A DNA stretch of 64,000 nucleotides, from positions 1,426,001 to 1,490,000 of the forward strand of contig CP120454.1 in NCBI GenBank assembly GCA_034226945.1. Direction: 5' to 3'. Both the position numbers and the translations under genes were made by a program. Source of the DNA: Picochlorum sp. SENEW3 (taxonomy: Eukaryota). Of the stretch, positions 22,342 to 33,306 are shown in pieces. Numbering within the stretch: position 1 is the first letter of the stretch; every line of letters starts with the position of its first letter. The notes beneath the pieces were generated by a model that did not search any database, was not told where the DNA came from, and saw only the letters and a list, made by a program, of their open reading frames with translations.

Positions 22342-23382
22342 TCATTCATCAGCATCTGTGGACATCACTGACAGTCCCACTTTATCGGCAACATCTGGGT
22401 AGTTGGCAACCAAGGCCGCCGCTACAATGGATGCACTTATATTTGCTATCAAAGGCACGGGATCATCCGTCCTAGACACCACGGGCCCCAGGCCAAAGTT
22501 GATTGACAATGTCCCCCAGAGCGGGGAAAAGAGCAGAGCCCAGACCCATGACCTCCGAACAAATCCCTGAGGCTTGATCCTCAGGGTTGCTCCACAGATA
22601 AAGCCACCAACAATCGATGTGCCTAGTGTGAATATATACTGATTGTATGGCAGTCCAGGCGGCACAGCACAGCCCCCTTTACGAAGACAGACATCCAGAG
22701 CATCGAGTGCTTCTTCTACAGCTCTTGCCTCGCCATTTTCTCTCACATAAAACAGATTGCCATAACGACTCTGAAGCTCAGTAAAGAAGGGTCTAGACAA
22801 TATTTTCTGGATCTCTGGTCCGAAATTGAACACCAAAATATTTGGTGAGCTGGGGTCCACAAACACCACAATCGTTCTCTCATCAGTCTGCCACCCTTTT
22901 CGGATTTCCTCAATAGACGGAGAGTCCGAGGGACCATACCTACTGAGGACTCGTACTTTATACCCCGTGTCTCTCTCCAAACTCCGCAGCTGCTCTTGTT
23001 TAGATTCAATCACACCTTTGGGGAGCACTTGTGCTGCATCTGCAATTGGGACCCGCGAGTCTATTTCAATCGCCTGAGCGTCCATATCCATCCCAGGTAC
23101 AGGATTCATCGTCAAAGCAGCGAAAGCGGCAAGGCTACACAGCGATGCCTTGAGCTTGTCCAGGCTTGCTTTCCTCTGTGGTGCCCAAGTGGTACACGTA
23201 TCCGAGTCTTTACCCTTATTTATGCCAGAAAAAGCACTCGCCAGGACCTTCATTTGACATCTACTGCCGGTCAAAATAGATTTGTTCCTATCAATCGCAC
23301 TCATGCAAACATTCGAAAGGAAACCGACACGCAGTGTTGGCCTGGACAACACTTTTTGAGTCACAGCTCCTGATAACTCCAT
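22342..23382 (-). CDS. Thylakoid TPM-domain (TLP18.3/Psb32-like, TL15-type) protein
   Basis: Bipartite transit peptide ending AQA. TPM core LRSLERDTGYKVRVL, FFTELQSRYGNLFYVRENGE and CLRKGGCAVPPGLP. C-terminal TM helices. Confidence 0.8.
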   Translation of the reverse strand: MELSGAVTQKVLSRPTLRVGFLSNVCMSAIDRNKSILTGSRCQMKVLASAFSGINKGKDSDTCTTWAPQRKASLDKLKASLCSLAAFAALTMNPVPGMDMDAQAIEIDSRVPIADAAQVLPKGVIESKQEQLRSLERDTGYKVRVLSRYGPSDSPSIEEIRKGWQTDERTIVVFVDPSSPNILVFNFGPEIQKILSRPFFTELQSRYGNLFYVRENGEARAVEEALDALDVCLRKGGCAVPPGLPYNQYIFTLGTSIVGGFICGATLRIKPQGFVRRSWVWALLFSPLWGTLSINFGLGPVVSRTDDPVPLIANISASIVAAALVANYPDVADKVGLSVMSTDADE

Positions 23383-23738
23383 CTTTGTCGATATCAGGGC
23401 ACCTATTTACGATCAAAAATAAAATAACAATGTCTATAAAAGAATAGAATACAGATGGTGAGGGGTTTTGTAACAAATGATGAATATCGACAAGAACCTT
23501 TCGTATTTTATATTTCATTTCACGGAACTTTTCTGACCGAAACCGTTCGTCCCATTTTGTCCTCCTGAATGGTATAAGACAATGAATTCAACACTATATT
23601 AATTCATTATGGGGTATAAAGGTGCAGACGTGTACAGGAGTACAGTCTATACGCGGGTGTCTGCTCAATGAGGAATTAATACCGTTTAGATTGGCAAAAA
23701 GATGATACAGAGGATTTGATAGAAAGACAAGGACAATT

Positions 23739-26700
23739 ATGTCTAATAAAGATGGTTCACAGGCGAGGACATCATCTAGGCCCAGTTATTCTCAAAGACA
23801 CTCGATGCTTCGGCATTTGGGAATTGAGTTTGACTCGCAACCTACCAGTGAAGCAGGGGACAGGAAGCGTTCAAGGTTGTCGTTATCATCCGGATCTGGG
23901 GCAATGCAATCAAAGGACGGTCCTCAATCGAATGGTACCCCTAAGCGGCAGAATATAGGGAGTGAAAGGCTAGAAGGTGAACCAACTTTTGTTTCTGGCA
24001 GGAGGCAGAGTGATGATGCCTTGCAAGGCCTTCGAGTCGACGGCTTGATGGCCCATGCAGCTATATTGCACTCTCCTTCTGCCTCTCAGCAAATGGTTGA
24101 AAGATCCATGGCTGAGGACGGTGCGCAGGAGAATGGGAGTCTCCAGAACAGAAGTGGTCTTGCCAGGCACACCCCTGCCATGAAATATTTCGATGGTTTT
24201 GATTCTCTAAAGGGTGCTACAACAGCATATGAACAGGTGAATCATTCAGGAGGGGGCTCTGGGAAGGTTGGTAGCCTTCGCCATCCAGCTGCCATCATGC
24301 CAGATGTTCGTAGTTTTTTTCTCCACCGTAGCAGGTTGTTGTTAGATGAGGATAATAGTCCCAGGAATCCGAGGGATGATGTTCGATTATATGACCCATT
24401 TTCCTCGAATAGCTCTCCTCCTCTTGTTTGCAAGTCCCAGGGTAACGCAGAATTTGGGGATGCCAGTAGGTATAATAACACGGTGCTTTATAGGAGGGCT
24501 GTTGCACTAGGTAAGGCTTTCTGTTATCTTCTCGTTGATGAAGCGTTTGCGATTTACGTTTCTGTGATATTATTATGTAGGATATGAATCTCTAGGAATG
24601 GAGAAGAAAGAAAATGAGAGCGCAGGCAGTGTGGAGCATACAGAGAATCTCACTCCTTTAAGGCAGCATGTGTCACATTCTCTCACAATGTCACCGCATA
24701 GTTCTGCAAGTTTGCAGCCTCCTCTTTCTTTAAATTCATATCTGTCGGAACAATTATGCGATATTTTACACAGGTATGATGTTCTTTTCCTCTCATGTTC
24801 TCCAGGTGCTTTGGCATGACATGTGATGCTGGTATTTCACTGATGTAGATCTGGGATCCCAGAAAATATGTATGAATGGCAAGCAAAATGTTTAACTATC
24901 GATGAAGGCATATTGAGCAATCAGAGAAACCTGGTTGTTTCTGCTCCAACGTCTGGGGGAAAGACGTTGATAGCTGAAATACTCATGCTGAGGGCAGTTG
25001 CGAACGATCCATGCCGCCGCAAAGTTCTGTTTATACTGCCATACGTATCTCTCTGTGATGAAAAAGCCGCAAAGCTATCCAAATTATTATCTCCAATGGG
25101 AAGAGAGCTGAAAAGAGCGTACGGCAGCGAGTATTCCGAGTCACTGTTTAGTCCTGAGACGGGCATTATCATTTGCACACCAGAAAATGCCAATTCCATG
25201 TACGTATAATTGGATCTGATGTTCCCCTTAGACTCGATTTTTTGATATCACGCATCGTACACTTTGTATTTCTGCAGCATCAATAGAATGTTGGATGCAA
25301 ATATAGATCTAAGTGACGAGATCTGCTGTGTTGTTGTTGATGAACTCCATCTAGTTAGCAGTTCGGATAGAGGTGCATTGTTGGAGATTGTCATTTCTAA
25401 ATTGCGCTACCACTGTGGCGCCCATAAGGATTCAAAAAAGACACATAGTATTGGCAGCGGAAGCTTGTCTCCTCCAACATTGGAAAGGACTCTAGCAACA
25501 TGGACACCCTCAATGATAGATCCTAGGAAGGTGCAGTTGGTTGGTTTAACTGCCACATGTCCCAACATACAGGATATTGGCGCCTGGCTCGATGCTATCA
25601 CATTCGTCAGTGAATTTAGACCCGTTCCATTAACAGAGTATCTGATAGAAGGAGAGGCATTAAAGAAGAAGAACCTGGATGGATCCCTGACAACTGACAG
25701 ATCGCTCCCGCCAGCTGAAGTGGGGGATGGAGACCATGTTGGCTTTCTCACCAAAGAAGCCGTGGATATGGATCGCTCTGTCCTTGTATTTTGTGCAACC
25801 AAACGCAGATGCCTTGAAGAGGCATCGAGACTGGCAAAATATTTCAGTGCGCATAGCTTGAGATCTGAAGTGCGGCCTGAGATCAAATCATTCCGTTCTA
25901 ATCTATCTTCAACCTTGCTGTCTCAACAATTCCAGTACAGCAAACAGTTAGCGTCCTTTGTCTTGTCAGGAATTGCCTTTCATCATAGTGATTTGTCCAT
26001 GAAAGAGCGCAAACTGATCGAAGATGCTTTTAGAGATGGCCACCTTAAAGTCTTATGTGCAACAGGCACTCTTGGAACTGGGGTGAACCTTCCTATATTT
26101 CGAGTTATTTTCAAGGATGTCCATCATGGTGAGTTCAAGCACAAAAACTTTTTGCCTCCAGCAAGCTATCGGCAAATATCTGGAAGAGCAGGAAGAACTG
26201 GCATAGATACCCATGGAGAATCCATCTTGATTCACCGCAAAATGAATTGCAGCAAGCAATTGGGCAGAAGTCCACCGCTTGAGTATTTGAAAAAGCTTTT
26301 GATTGGTGAGCTGGATCAGGTACATTCAAGTATCTTGGAATCTGGGAATTCTCGCAGAATGGATCGGCTCATGCTTGAAATGGTGTCGACATCTGAATCA
26401 GTTTCAAAGGAGGATGTGAGATTGATCCTGAAGTCAACATTTATCGGCTCTCTTTCCGCCCACCAACGGGAGAAGCTGGATGAGCTATATAGCAGTGCAA
26501 TAAAAGCTTTAGATTATCTTGCCTCAGTAAATCAGGGTGATCCAGCGAAATCCGGGGGAAGAAAGGTCTCATCAGTCGACCGGCAGCCTATGATTTTGAA
26601 ACAAATTGCTGCTGGCATGGATCAAATTGCTTATGGACCGTCTGACATGGGCAAGGCCGTGGTCGTGTCTGGAATGTCACCGGACGAAGCATTGAACTAT

Positions 26701-29655
26701 TTGGAGGATTTGAAGATCGCTCTGAACGAAGGCCTGATTATGAGTTCTGATTTGCATGCCTGCTTCCTGTGTGTACCAATCAACTTTACAGGCAATTACC
26801 ACTTGGGAAGGGACGAATATGGCATCTTATACTCCAAAGTCACGAATCTGGAAAGTTCAGAAAACCAAGTCATAGTGCGAGTGAAAGTGAGTATCCCATT
26901 CATAAGGGAAATGGGAGTAGGCCAGGGGTATAATAGCACCATTATGTCAAAGCGCTCTGATCTCCAGCATCAGAACAGACTGTGCACAAGATTGTACATT
27001 GCATTCTTCTTGCAAGAATTGATCCAGGAAACCCCACTTTTAGAGTGCATGAATCGTTACCTCATCAAATCAGGAAGGATTGTGGAGGAGATTAGAGATG
27101 ATGTGAGCAGGTTTGCGGCTAAAGGCAGTGCCCTCTGTGAGAGGCTTGAATGGCATTTGCTGGCTGGAACGCTCAAAACCTTTGGGTCGCGAGTTTGGTT
27201 CGGAGCACGACAAGAAATCATTTCGCTTGCATCTATCTGTAGGATTAATCCAAAGGATGCTCGGATCCTCTACGAAGGGGGGCTTGAGAGACCGCAAGAT
27301 ATCGTGTCCCATTCAGCAGCCGATATTCACGCCATCCTGCTCACAAGTGCACAGCAGTCCAACGTTCTCTTAGGTGATAGCAGTGCATACCAAAAGTATC
27401 AGGCACTGGCATCTCATATTTTGGAATCGTGCAAGGTTTATCTGACAGAAGGGTCTGGAGAATTTTTATCGCGCGGCTTGACAAATAATCTCAGCAGTCC
27501 CTCAAAATTCTCCCCTGTGAAGCCTCAAAAGCAGCAGCAACAACACACCTCACCTGCAAGCATCCCTGAGCAAAATAGAAAGAAAGATGAGACACCTGAG
27601 AGCGCTTCTGTTCTGAAAAAATATTCTAAAATCTTCGAGGCTATCAAATCAGGAGCACATGTAGGTATCTACCTCAGTGTAGAAAATGAGAAGAACAATT
27701 CTATTGACCAGCAACAGAATGCACGAATGCCTGCAGCCCCATCAAAACGGCGAAAGAAAGCTCCAACTGGAGAGGACAAACATCCAATACATGAATCAAC
27801 AGTGCGAGGGATCGCTGTGTCTTGGGAAGGTGGGTATGATTACATCAGGTTTCATGGTAAGGATGAGCTTACTCGAGACGCAATAGCACAGCACCTATGC
27901 TTGTCTTTGGCAATGCGAGGTGAATTCCACAGGGATGCATTGATTGCGTCTTTCAAATGGAAAGATATAACATTGAAGCTGGATCAATTTCTATCAAAGT
28001 ATACGAATGCTAGCGTTAAGCTGGCCCTGTCGAGAGTGGTTGATGTCAGGCTTGGTGCATGGATGCTTGATCCAGATGCTGCTGTCGTAGCTGACGGGTT
28101 GAGCCATTTCTCAAGGTACGCTAAGACGTCAAAGAGGGCCAAAATCTCGTTAGGAGTGTCCACGAGTCTCACCATTGCGTATCAGCATTGTCGGGATGTA
28201 CACAAATACGTCTGCTCCGAGCAAATGAAGGAGAAGTACTCTCAAATGGGCCCAGACCTTCAATTTGAAACAGACAGTAGTACCTATGTGGTTTCACAAA
28301 TATCAAACATGAGCCTCGCTATCCTCGTGAAAATCCTGCCTCCTTTATTATCATCTAAAGTGTTAGATCCTCTCCTGCTCATGGACATGCCAATCTGCCG
28401 AATCCTAGGAGCCATGGAGGAGAGGGGTATCGGTGTGGATGTGGAAATGCTGAACTCTCAGTATGGCACCTTGGTCAAATGGAAAGGGCTAGTTTCCACG
28501 GCAGCTGCAGAGATGTATGGCAAGCGATTCAATCTTAATTCGCCTGCTGATGTCCAACGAGTGTTGTTCACTGAGTTGCGCCTGAGGCCCCCTGGAAGTG
28601 CATACAGGAAGAGAAAGGATGGAAAATCGACTCTGTCTGTTGACAAGAGAGTACTGAACGATTTAAAAGATAGTCATCGTATAATACCTCTCATATTGCA
28701 GTACAGAAAACTAGTGGATACCATGGAATACATAACACCTCTGCTTTCCTTTGCCACATCTTCTGGAGGGAGCACACTTGCCATTCATGCAAAATTTTTG
28801 CAAACTAGTGCAGGAACTGGCCGGCTTGCCATGGAAGAGCCTTCCCTCCAATGCTTACCAAAACCATTTACATTTGAATTCGAAGATATTCATGCAGAGG
28901 TGAATCTCAGAAACGCCATCGTGCCCAAATTTGCAAACAGAGTAATGATCAGTGCTGATTTCCGTCACATTGAACTTCGGGTGATGGCCCACCTGTCCAA
29001 AGACAAGTCAATGATTGACTTGTTTCAAAAGAAAGAGTCAGATCCTTTCAAGCTTTTGGCCTGTAAATGGCTCAAGGTGGAGGATGAGGACAGTGTCACA
29101 GACTCACAGCGCCAGCAAGTGAAACAACTGACATATGGCCTCTTATACGGAATGGGGGAGAAACGATTGGGCGAGAACCTGGAAGTTTCTGCTGCAAAAG
29201 CTAAGAGTTTAAAACAAGAATTCTTAGAGAGCTTCCCTGACCTTGGTGCATGGATTGAACAAATCGTCCATGACTGCAGAGAAACTGGGCGAATTGTCAC
29301 CCTCCTTGGTCGTTACAGGTGGATGGAAAATATTAATTCCCAGGACCCATCAAAACGTGCTGCAGATGAGAGAGCAGCAGTCAACAGCGTCTGTCAGGGT
29401 TCAGCAGCTGATATCGCAAAGATGGCCATGGTGAAGATCGAAGAAAACCTGAATGCAAAGTACAATGGAAATCCACCATGCGCATCTGTTTTACAAATCC
29501 ACGACGAACTTCTCTTTGAAGTCGACCAGGATGCATTGCATGATGTCGTCGATACCATCAAAGTTTCCATGGAAGGGGCATGCAAGCTTTTGGTGCCCCT
29601 GCCCGTCAAGTTCAAAATGGGCAGATCATGGGGTGAAGCATTACAAGAAATATAG
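23739..29655 (+). CDS. POLQ: DNA polymerase theta (Ski2-like helicase plus family A polymerase; POLQ/TEBICHI)
   Basis: Helicase motifs APTSGGKT, DELH, LTAT, GVNLP and GRAGR. Pol A motifs TGRL, SADFRHIELR, KQLTYGLLYG, NSVCQGSAAD and QIHDELL. Introns at 24511-24580, 24774-24848 and 25200-25277 all splice in frame. Confidence 0.93.
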
Positions 29656-29671
29656 CAGATTAGATTCATAT

Positions 29672-31339
29672 TCACTCGCTTTCTTTTTTCATATACGTTT
29701 CTAGTAAATATTTTCCAGCCGGATGTGTTATCAGGTGGTTCACCAGCCTAAACTTGATGTTGAAAGGTGCAATGGCAAACGTCAGAAGGGCAAACACCAA
29801 TAAATCAACAGATGACAACTTGCTCGCCAGAAAACCCTCCCACTGATTCTTTGGCAACGCAAAAAATGTTGTGAAAAAGTCAGATGTGTTCAACAAATCC
29901 AACTGGCACAAGAGTTCCATCCCAAATATATGGAATGATGCCTGTCTCCTATTCTCAAGTGACCACAAGGCATCCCACACCCGCTTGGAGGCATCGAGAC
30001 AAGTCGTTTCTTCAGTAATTGCATCCTTAATCGCCTCTGCCATTTTTGGAGAGTGACCAAGTGTCCTGACAATAGAATACCCCGTCGCTGGGTGTACAAG
30101 ATTTGCAGCTGCACCAAAGGCTGTGATTCTCTGGGACCCAGAAGGCAGGGGTCCACCAGTAGGAATATAACTCCACTCTTCCTCATACACCTTGTGAATT
30201 TTGATTCCCAGAGCCTCACAGCGCCTATACAAACGCCTCTTAAGCACTGAAAACGGCAGAGCAGGCTTTGTCACCAGACACGTCTCTTCCAAGAAGACCC
30301 GTGTCTTGGACTCTGGCATAGCATACAAAAACGATGGGGCTTCTTTTTCAGTATCCCACAAGCCCCGACCACCATTTGGATGCTCCCCATCCACCTGTCT
30401 TGTAGCTGTTCCGGGATACAGCCCCGTATGATGTCTCCTAAAATCCATAAACAACATCTTCTCTGGATCAAACGCATCCTCATACCCAGACACCTCAGCC
30501 TCTATTCCATACGCAGTCTGCGCAGCCGTACCTGGAGCCTCTGATTCATATTCCAAAAACCTTCCAGCAGCCCCTCCAGACGCCAATGTCACCATCTTTG
30601 CAGAAAAGGTTGCTCCGTCCTTGAGAACAACAGTGCTCTTTGAATCATCACTGCTATCAATTGACATCACAGTTCCGGGATGAAAACTCACCCCATGTTC
30701 CTTGCATCTCGACAGCAACTCATCCCTCAATTTCTTCCTATTCACTCGACCATACGCTCTCGCAACTGTCGTCTCTGTCCCCTCCCTAAAATAACACATG
30801 GACGTATCCCACACTCTATCCAGCGTGTGTTCCAATCCCAACTCTACAAACTCATCTTCCCATACACCATAATTATTCACAAAAGGCACATCATGTCCCA
30901 CAAGTATCACGCGACACCCTCGAGCCCCCAATTCAGATGCCAGTGACAGACCAGCCGGCCCACACCCCACCACCACCACATCCACAACCTGATCTGGCAT
31001 CTGCTCTGCCTCGTCCAACACAGAAGCAATCCTCGCCTGCTCTTCATCACTTTTACTCGCCTGTCGAACCACAAGAGGAGATTCATGAGACCCCTCCCGC
31101 ATATGCTGATTCAAATCCTCCACCCTGTCCTCCACCTTGTCCAGTCCTGAAGACGATGTGGTCATCATCCCATGGCATACCCATCGTCCATCCACCTCTC
31201 GTCTCCTACCATCCAAAAGTAGTCTTCTTCTCTGCGCTACAGATGATATCCAATCCCCACCACCGCAGATCCTCGTCGATTCGACCTGTGTTGCTTGCTG
31301 TGGCAGTGTCGCCCTATTCATGGATGAAATCAACCACAT
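29672..31339 (-). CDS. LCYE: Lycopene epsilon cyclase, plastid
   Basis: FAD motif VVVGCGPAG. The motifs PFVNNYGVWEDEF and AFGAAANLVHPATGYS are epsilon-type rather than the beta-type GGTAGMVHPSTGY. Also FLEETCL. Confidence 0.88.
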   Translation of the reverse strand: MWLISSMNRATLPQQATQVESTRICGGGDWISSVAQRRRLLLDGRRREVDGRWVCHGMMTTSSSGLDKVEDRVEDLNQHMREGSHESPLVVRQASKSDEEQARIASVLDEAEQMPDQVVDVVVVGCGPAGLSLASELGARGCRVILVGHDVPFVNNYGVWEDEFVELGLEHTLDRVWDTSMCYFREGTETTVARAYGRVNRKKLRDELLSRCKEHGVSFHPGTVMSIDSSDDSKSTVVLKDGATFSAKMVTLASGGAAGRFLEYESEAPGTAAQTAYGIEAEVSGYEDAFDPEKMLFMDFRRHHTGLYPGTATRQVDGEHPNGGRGLWDTEKEAPSFLYAMPESKTRVFLEETCLVTKPALPFSVLKRRLYRRCEALGIKIHKVYEEEWSYIPTGGPLPSGSQRITAFGAAANLVHPATGYSIVRTLGHSPKMAEAIKDAITEETTCLDASKRVWDALWSLENRRQASFHIFGMELLCQLDLLNTSDFFTTFFALPKNQWEGFLASKLSSVDLLVFALLTFAIAPFNIKFRLVNHLITHPAGKYLLETYMKKESE

Positions 31340-31736
31340 TGTGACTATATATGTCTAATCATAAATCTAATGGCCCATATCAGGGTTGGAGATGCAGCAA
31401 AATGCTATTCCTTGGATTGGTTCCTTATCCGTATCAATGAACCTTCCGTCGACGGACCTGACGTCAGCCAGGAGCATATGACCCATCAATAACACTGTTT
31501 GACCGAAGATGGGTGAATCAGGGACGTATGCTGTGATTCTCTGTGATCTCTTTCTGCGCTGCATTTGGGACAGTATTTGTTTACGAGTACTGTATTCATG
31601 TTTGATAAGGGTTTCCAGGGGGACCAGTTGTGCGACTATTTGTGACGAACGTTTGCCATGCATGGCATGTCCATGTGATGATGTCCATCTCTCCACGATT
31701 GTGTATACTACTGACCTAATCTAACAGATACTAGAG

Positions 31737-32612
31737 ATGGAAGAAACTAGTAAAGATGACCAAAAGCAGCAGCAGCAAGAGGAGGAGCTTGGAGGAACAC
31801 AGCAACAAGAGCCCACTATGACAAAGAAACAGATGAAGCGATTGAAAAAGGCCCAGTATCTGGCGGAGAAGAAAAAGATGAAGAAGCAAGAGCGCAAGGC
31901 CAAGAGGGCTGCCCATATAGAAGACGTGAGGGCTCGCAAAGGTCCTCTCACACCAGAGGAATTGGACAAGGTGCGACAGGCAGCGATGGACAAGGTGAAT
32001 GCGAGGAGGGCTCGGCGAGAGGCGTTGCGTGAGAATGTAAAGAAATCATTGGTGGATGGTCAGAGGATTGTGATTGATCTGGATTTTGAGTCCTACATGC
32101 ACGAGGGAGAGATCAAGAGCATCATCCAACAGATTGCCTTCTCCTACGGGATGAATAAAAACGCGGCGCATCCATGTCATTTGATTTTGAGCAGCGTCGC
32201 TGGTGCCATACGACAGGCGTTTGATCGCCAATTCAAAGATAATGGAGCATGGTATGTGACCCAGACAGACACGTCCTACCTGGACTATTTTTCCGAGGAA
32301 AAAGACAAGCTCGTGTACCTGACGGCCGAGTCTGAGAATGAAATTAGAGAGTTGGATAAGGATCGCATCTATGTCGTGGGCGGCATTGTGGATAAGAATA
32401 GGCACAAGGGGCTGTGCTACAAGAGAGCTGTGGAGCATGGGATTGAAACAGCACGCCTCCCAATAGGCGAGTACATCAAACTACGGCGTTCGAATGTCAT
32501 GTGTACAAACCACGTTGTTGAAATGCTGGTTCGATGGCAGGATACAAAAGACTGGCAGCAGGCTTTTGAAAGCGTTGTTCCAGAGAGAAAAAGGGAAACT
32601 GCATCATCATGA
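31737..32612 (+). CDS. TRM10: tRNA m1G9 methyltransferase Trm10 (SPOUT family)
   Basis: Motifs IVIDLDF, LVYLTAES, YVVGGIVDKNRHKGLC, TARLPIGEY and TNHVVEML. Confidence 0.93.
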   Translation: MEETSKDDQKQQQQEEELGGTQQQEPTMTKKQMKRLKKAQYLAEKKKMKKQERKAKRAAHIEDVRARKGPLTPEELDKVRQAAMDKVNARRARREALRENVKKSLVDGQRIVIDLDFESYMHEGEIKSIIQQIAFSYGMNKNAAHPCHLILSSVAGAIRQAFDRQFKDNGAWYVTQTDTSYLDYFSEEKDKLVYLTAESENEIRELDKDRIYVVGGIVDKNRHKGLCYKRAVEHGIETARLPIGEYIKLRRSNVMCTNHVVEMLVRWQDTKDWQQAFESVVPERKRETASS

Positions 32613-32656
32613 TGGTATCATGTTATTTATACATGCACGCAGTGGCAGTGATACAG

Positions 32657-32910
32657 TTACTGACACTATGTAACAACAACGCAAGCACATATCAATCACT
32701 CTTGCACTACCGGCATGTCTCAGGCAGTACGAATACATGGTGCAGTCATCTACTCCAAACTTCACAATGGAGCTCAGGTTCTGCCATATCATGGTGTACA
32801 TCATCGACACGCCATATCACGATTTCTTGCCGAATAGAATGCAATCATTGTCTTTCTCGACGTACCAATCGCTGCCAACAAGACTCCACCGCATGCATGC
32901 GCTTGGCCAT
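32657..32910 (-). ncRNA. Putative snoRNA host transcript with a 200-nt intron (32865-32666) and only a 17-codon spliced ORF
   Basis: Donor TTG|gtacgt at 32865 and acceptor tacatag| at 32666 bracket the snoRNA. The spliced ORF is MAKRMHAVESCWQRLCQ*, starting from an ATG in an A-rich context. Confidence 0.5.
32712..32813 (-). ncRNA. Box C/D snoRNA, candidate dual guide (25S site equivalent to yeast Um2729; possible 18S site)
   Basis: Minus strand reads GGCGUGUC-g-AUGAUGu(C)...CUGA(D')-GCUCCA/UGGAGU stem-AGAUGA(C')...GUAUUCGUACUGc-CUGA(D)-GACAUGCC. It has an 8-bp terminal stem. The D guide is complementary over 12 nt to the conserved LSU rRNA segment CAGUACGAAUAC, recalled from memory. Confidence 0.8.
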
Positions 32911-33306
32911 TGTTTTTTCTTTATCTCTCACCTCTGCAATGGGTGAAACATATTCACATGTATGTGTAGTTGGAAGTGAACAAATAGTGGTCACAAATAC
33001 GTGTGACGCCAGGGAGTGTGTGTGATGGATGCATAAGGACATGGGGCCATCCACCGTGGATGTCCAAAGTAATTCGGGGAAATTCAAATTCGTTGACAAA
33101 CAGTTGGTTCCATTCCTACAATTCTTCACCCGTGGTACACATACAATTGATATTTTACAAATATATATTGCAACCATGGGCATAACGGGGGCCATGGCGG
33201 GGTTGCACGGTGTCTCGAAGAAAGGTGCGGTATGAACCATTGAGATGTGCGATCTATCTATCGAATTTGCCATTGACGGAGTCTGAATGCAGATCGAGGA
33301 AAGCAA

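Noticed and set aside
616..29655. Apparent DNA-repair cluster (ZGRF1, NSE4, RTF2, POLQ)
   Set aside because: The genes are interspersed with unrelated ones, so this is plausible by chance in a gene-dense eukaryote. There is no evidence of co-regulation.
31526..31727. GTGATGA...CTGA in the probable 202-nt TRM10 5' UTR intron as a C/D snoRNA
   Set aside because: The boxes are only ~40 nt apart, and the CTGA is better explained as the branch point (tactgac) before the acceptor. No rRNA guide recognised.
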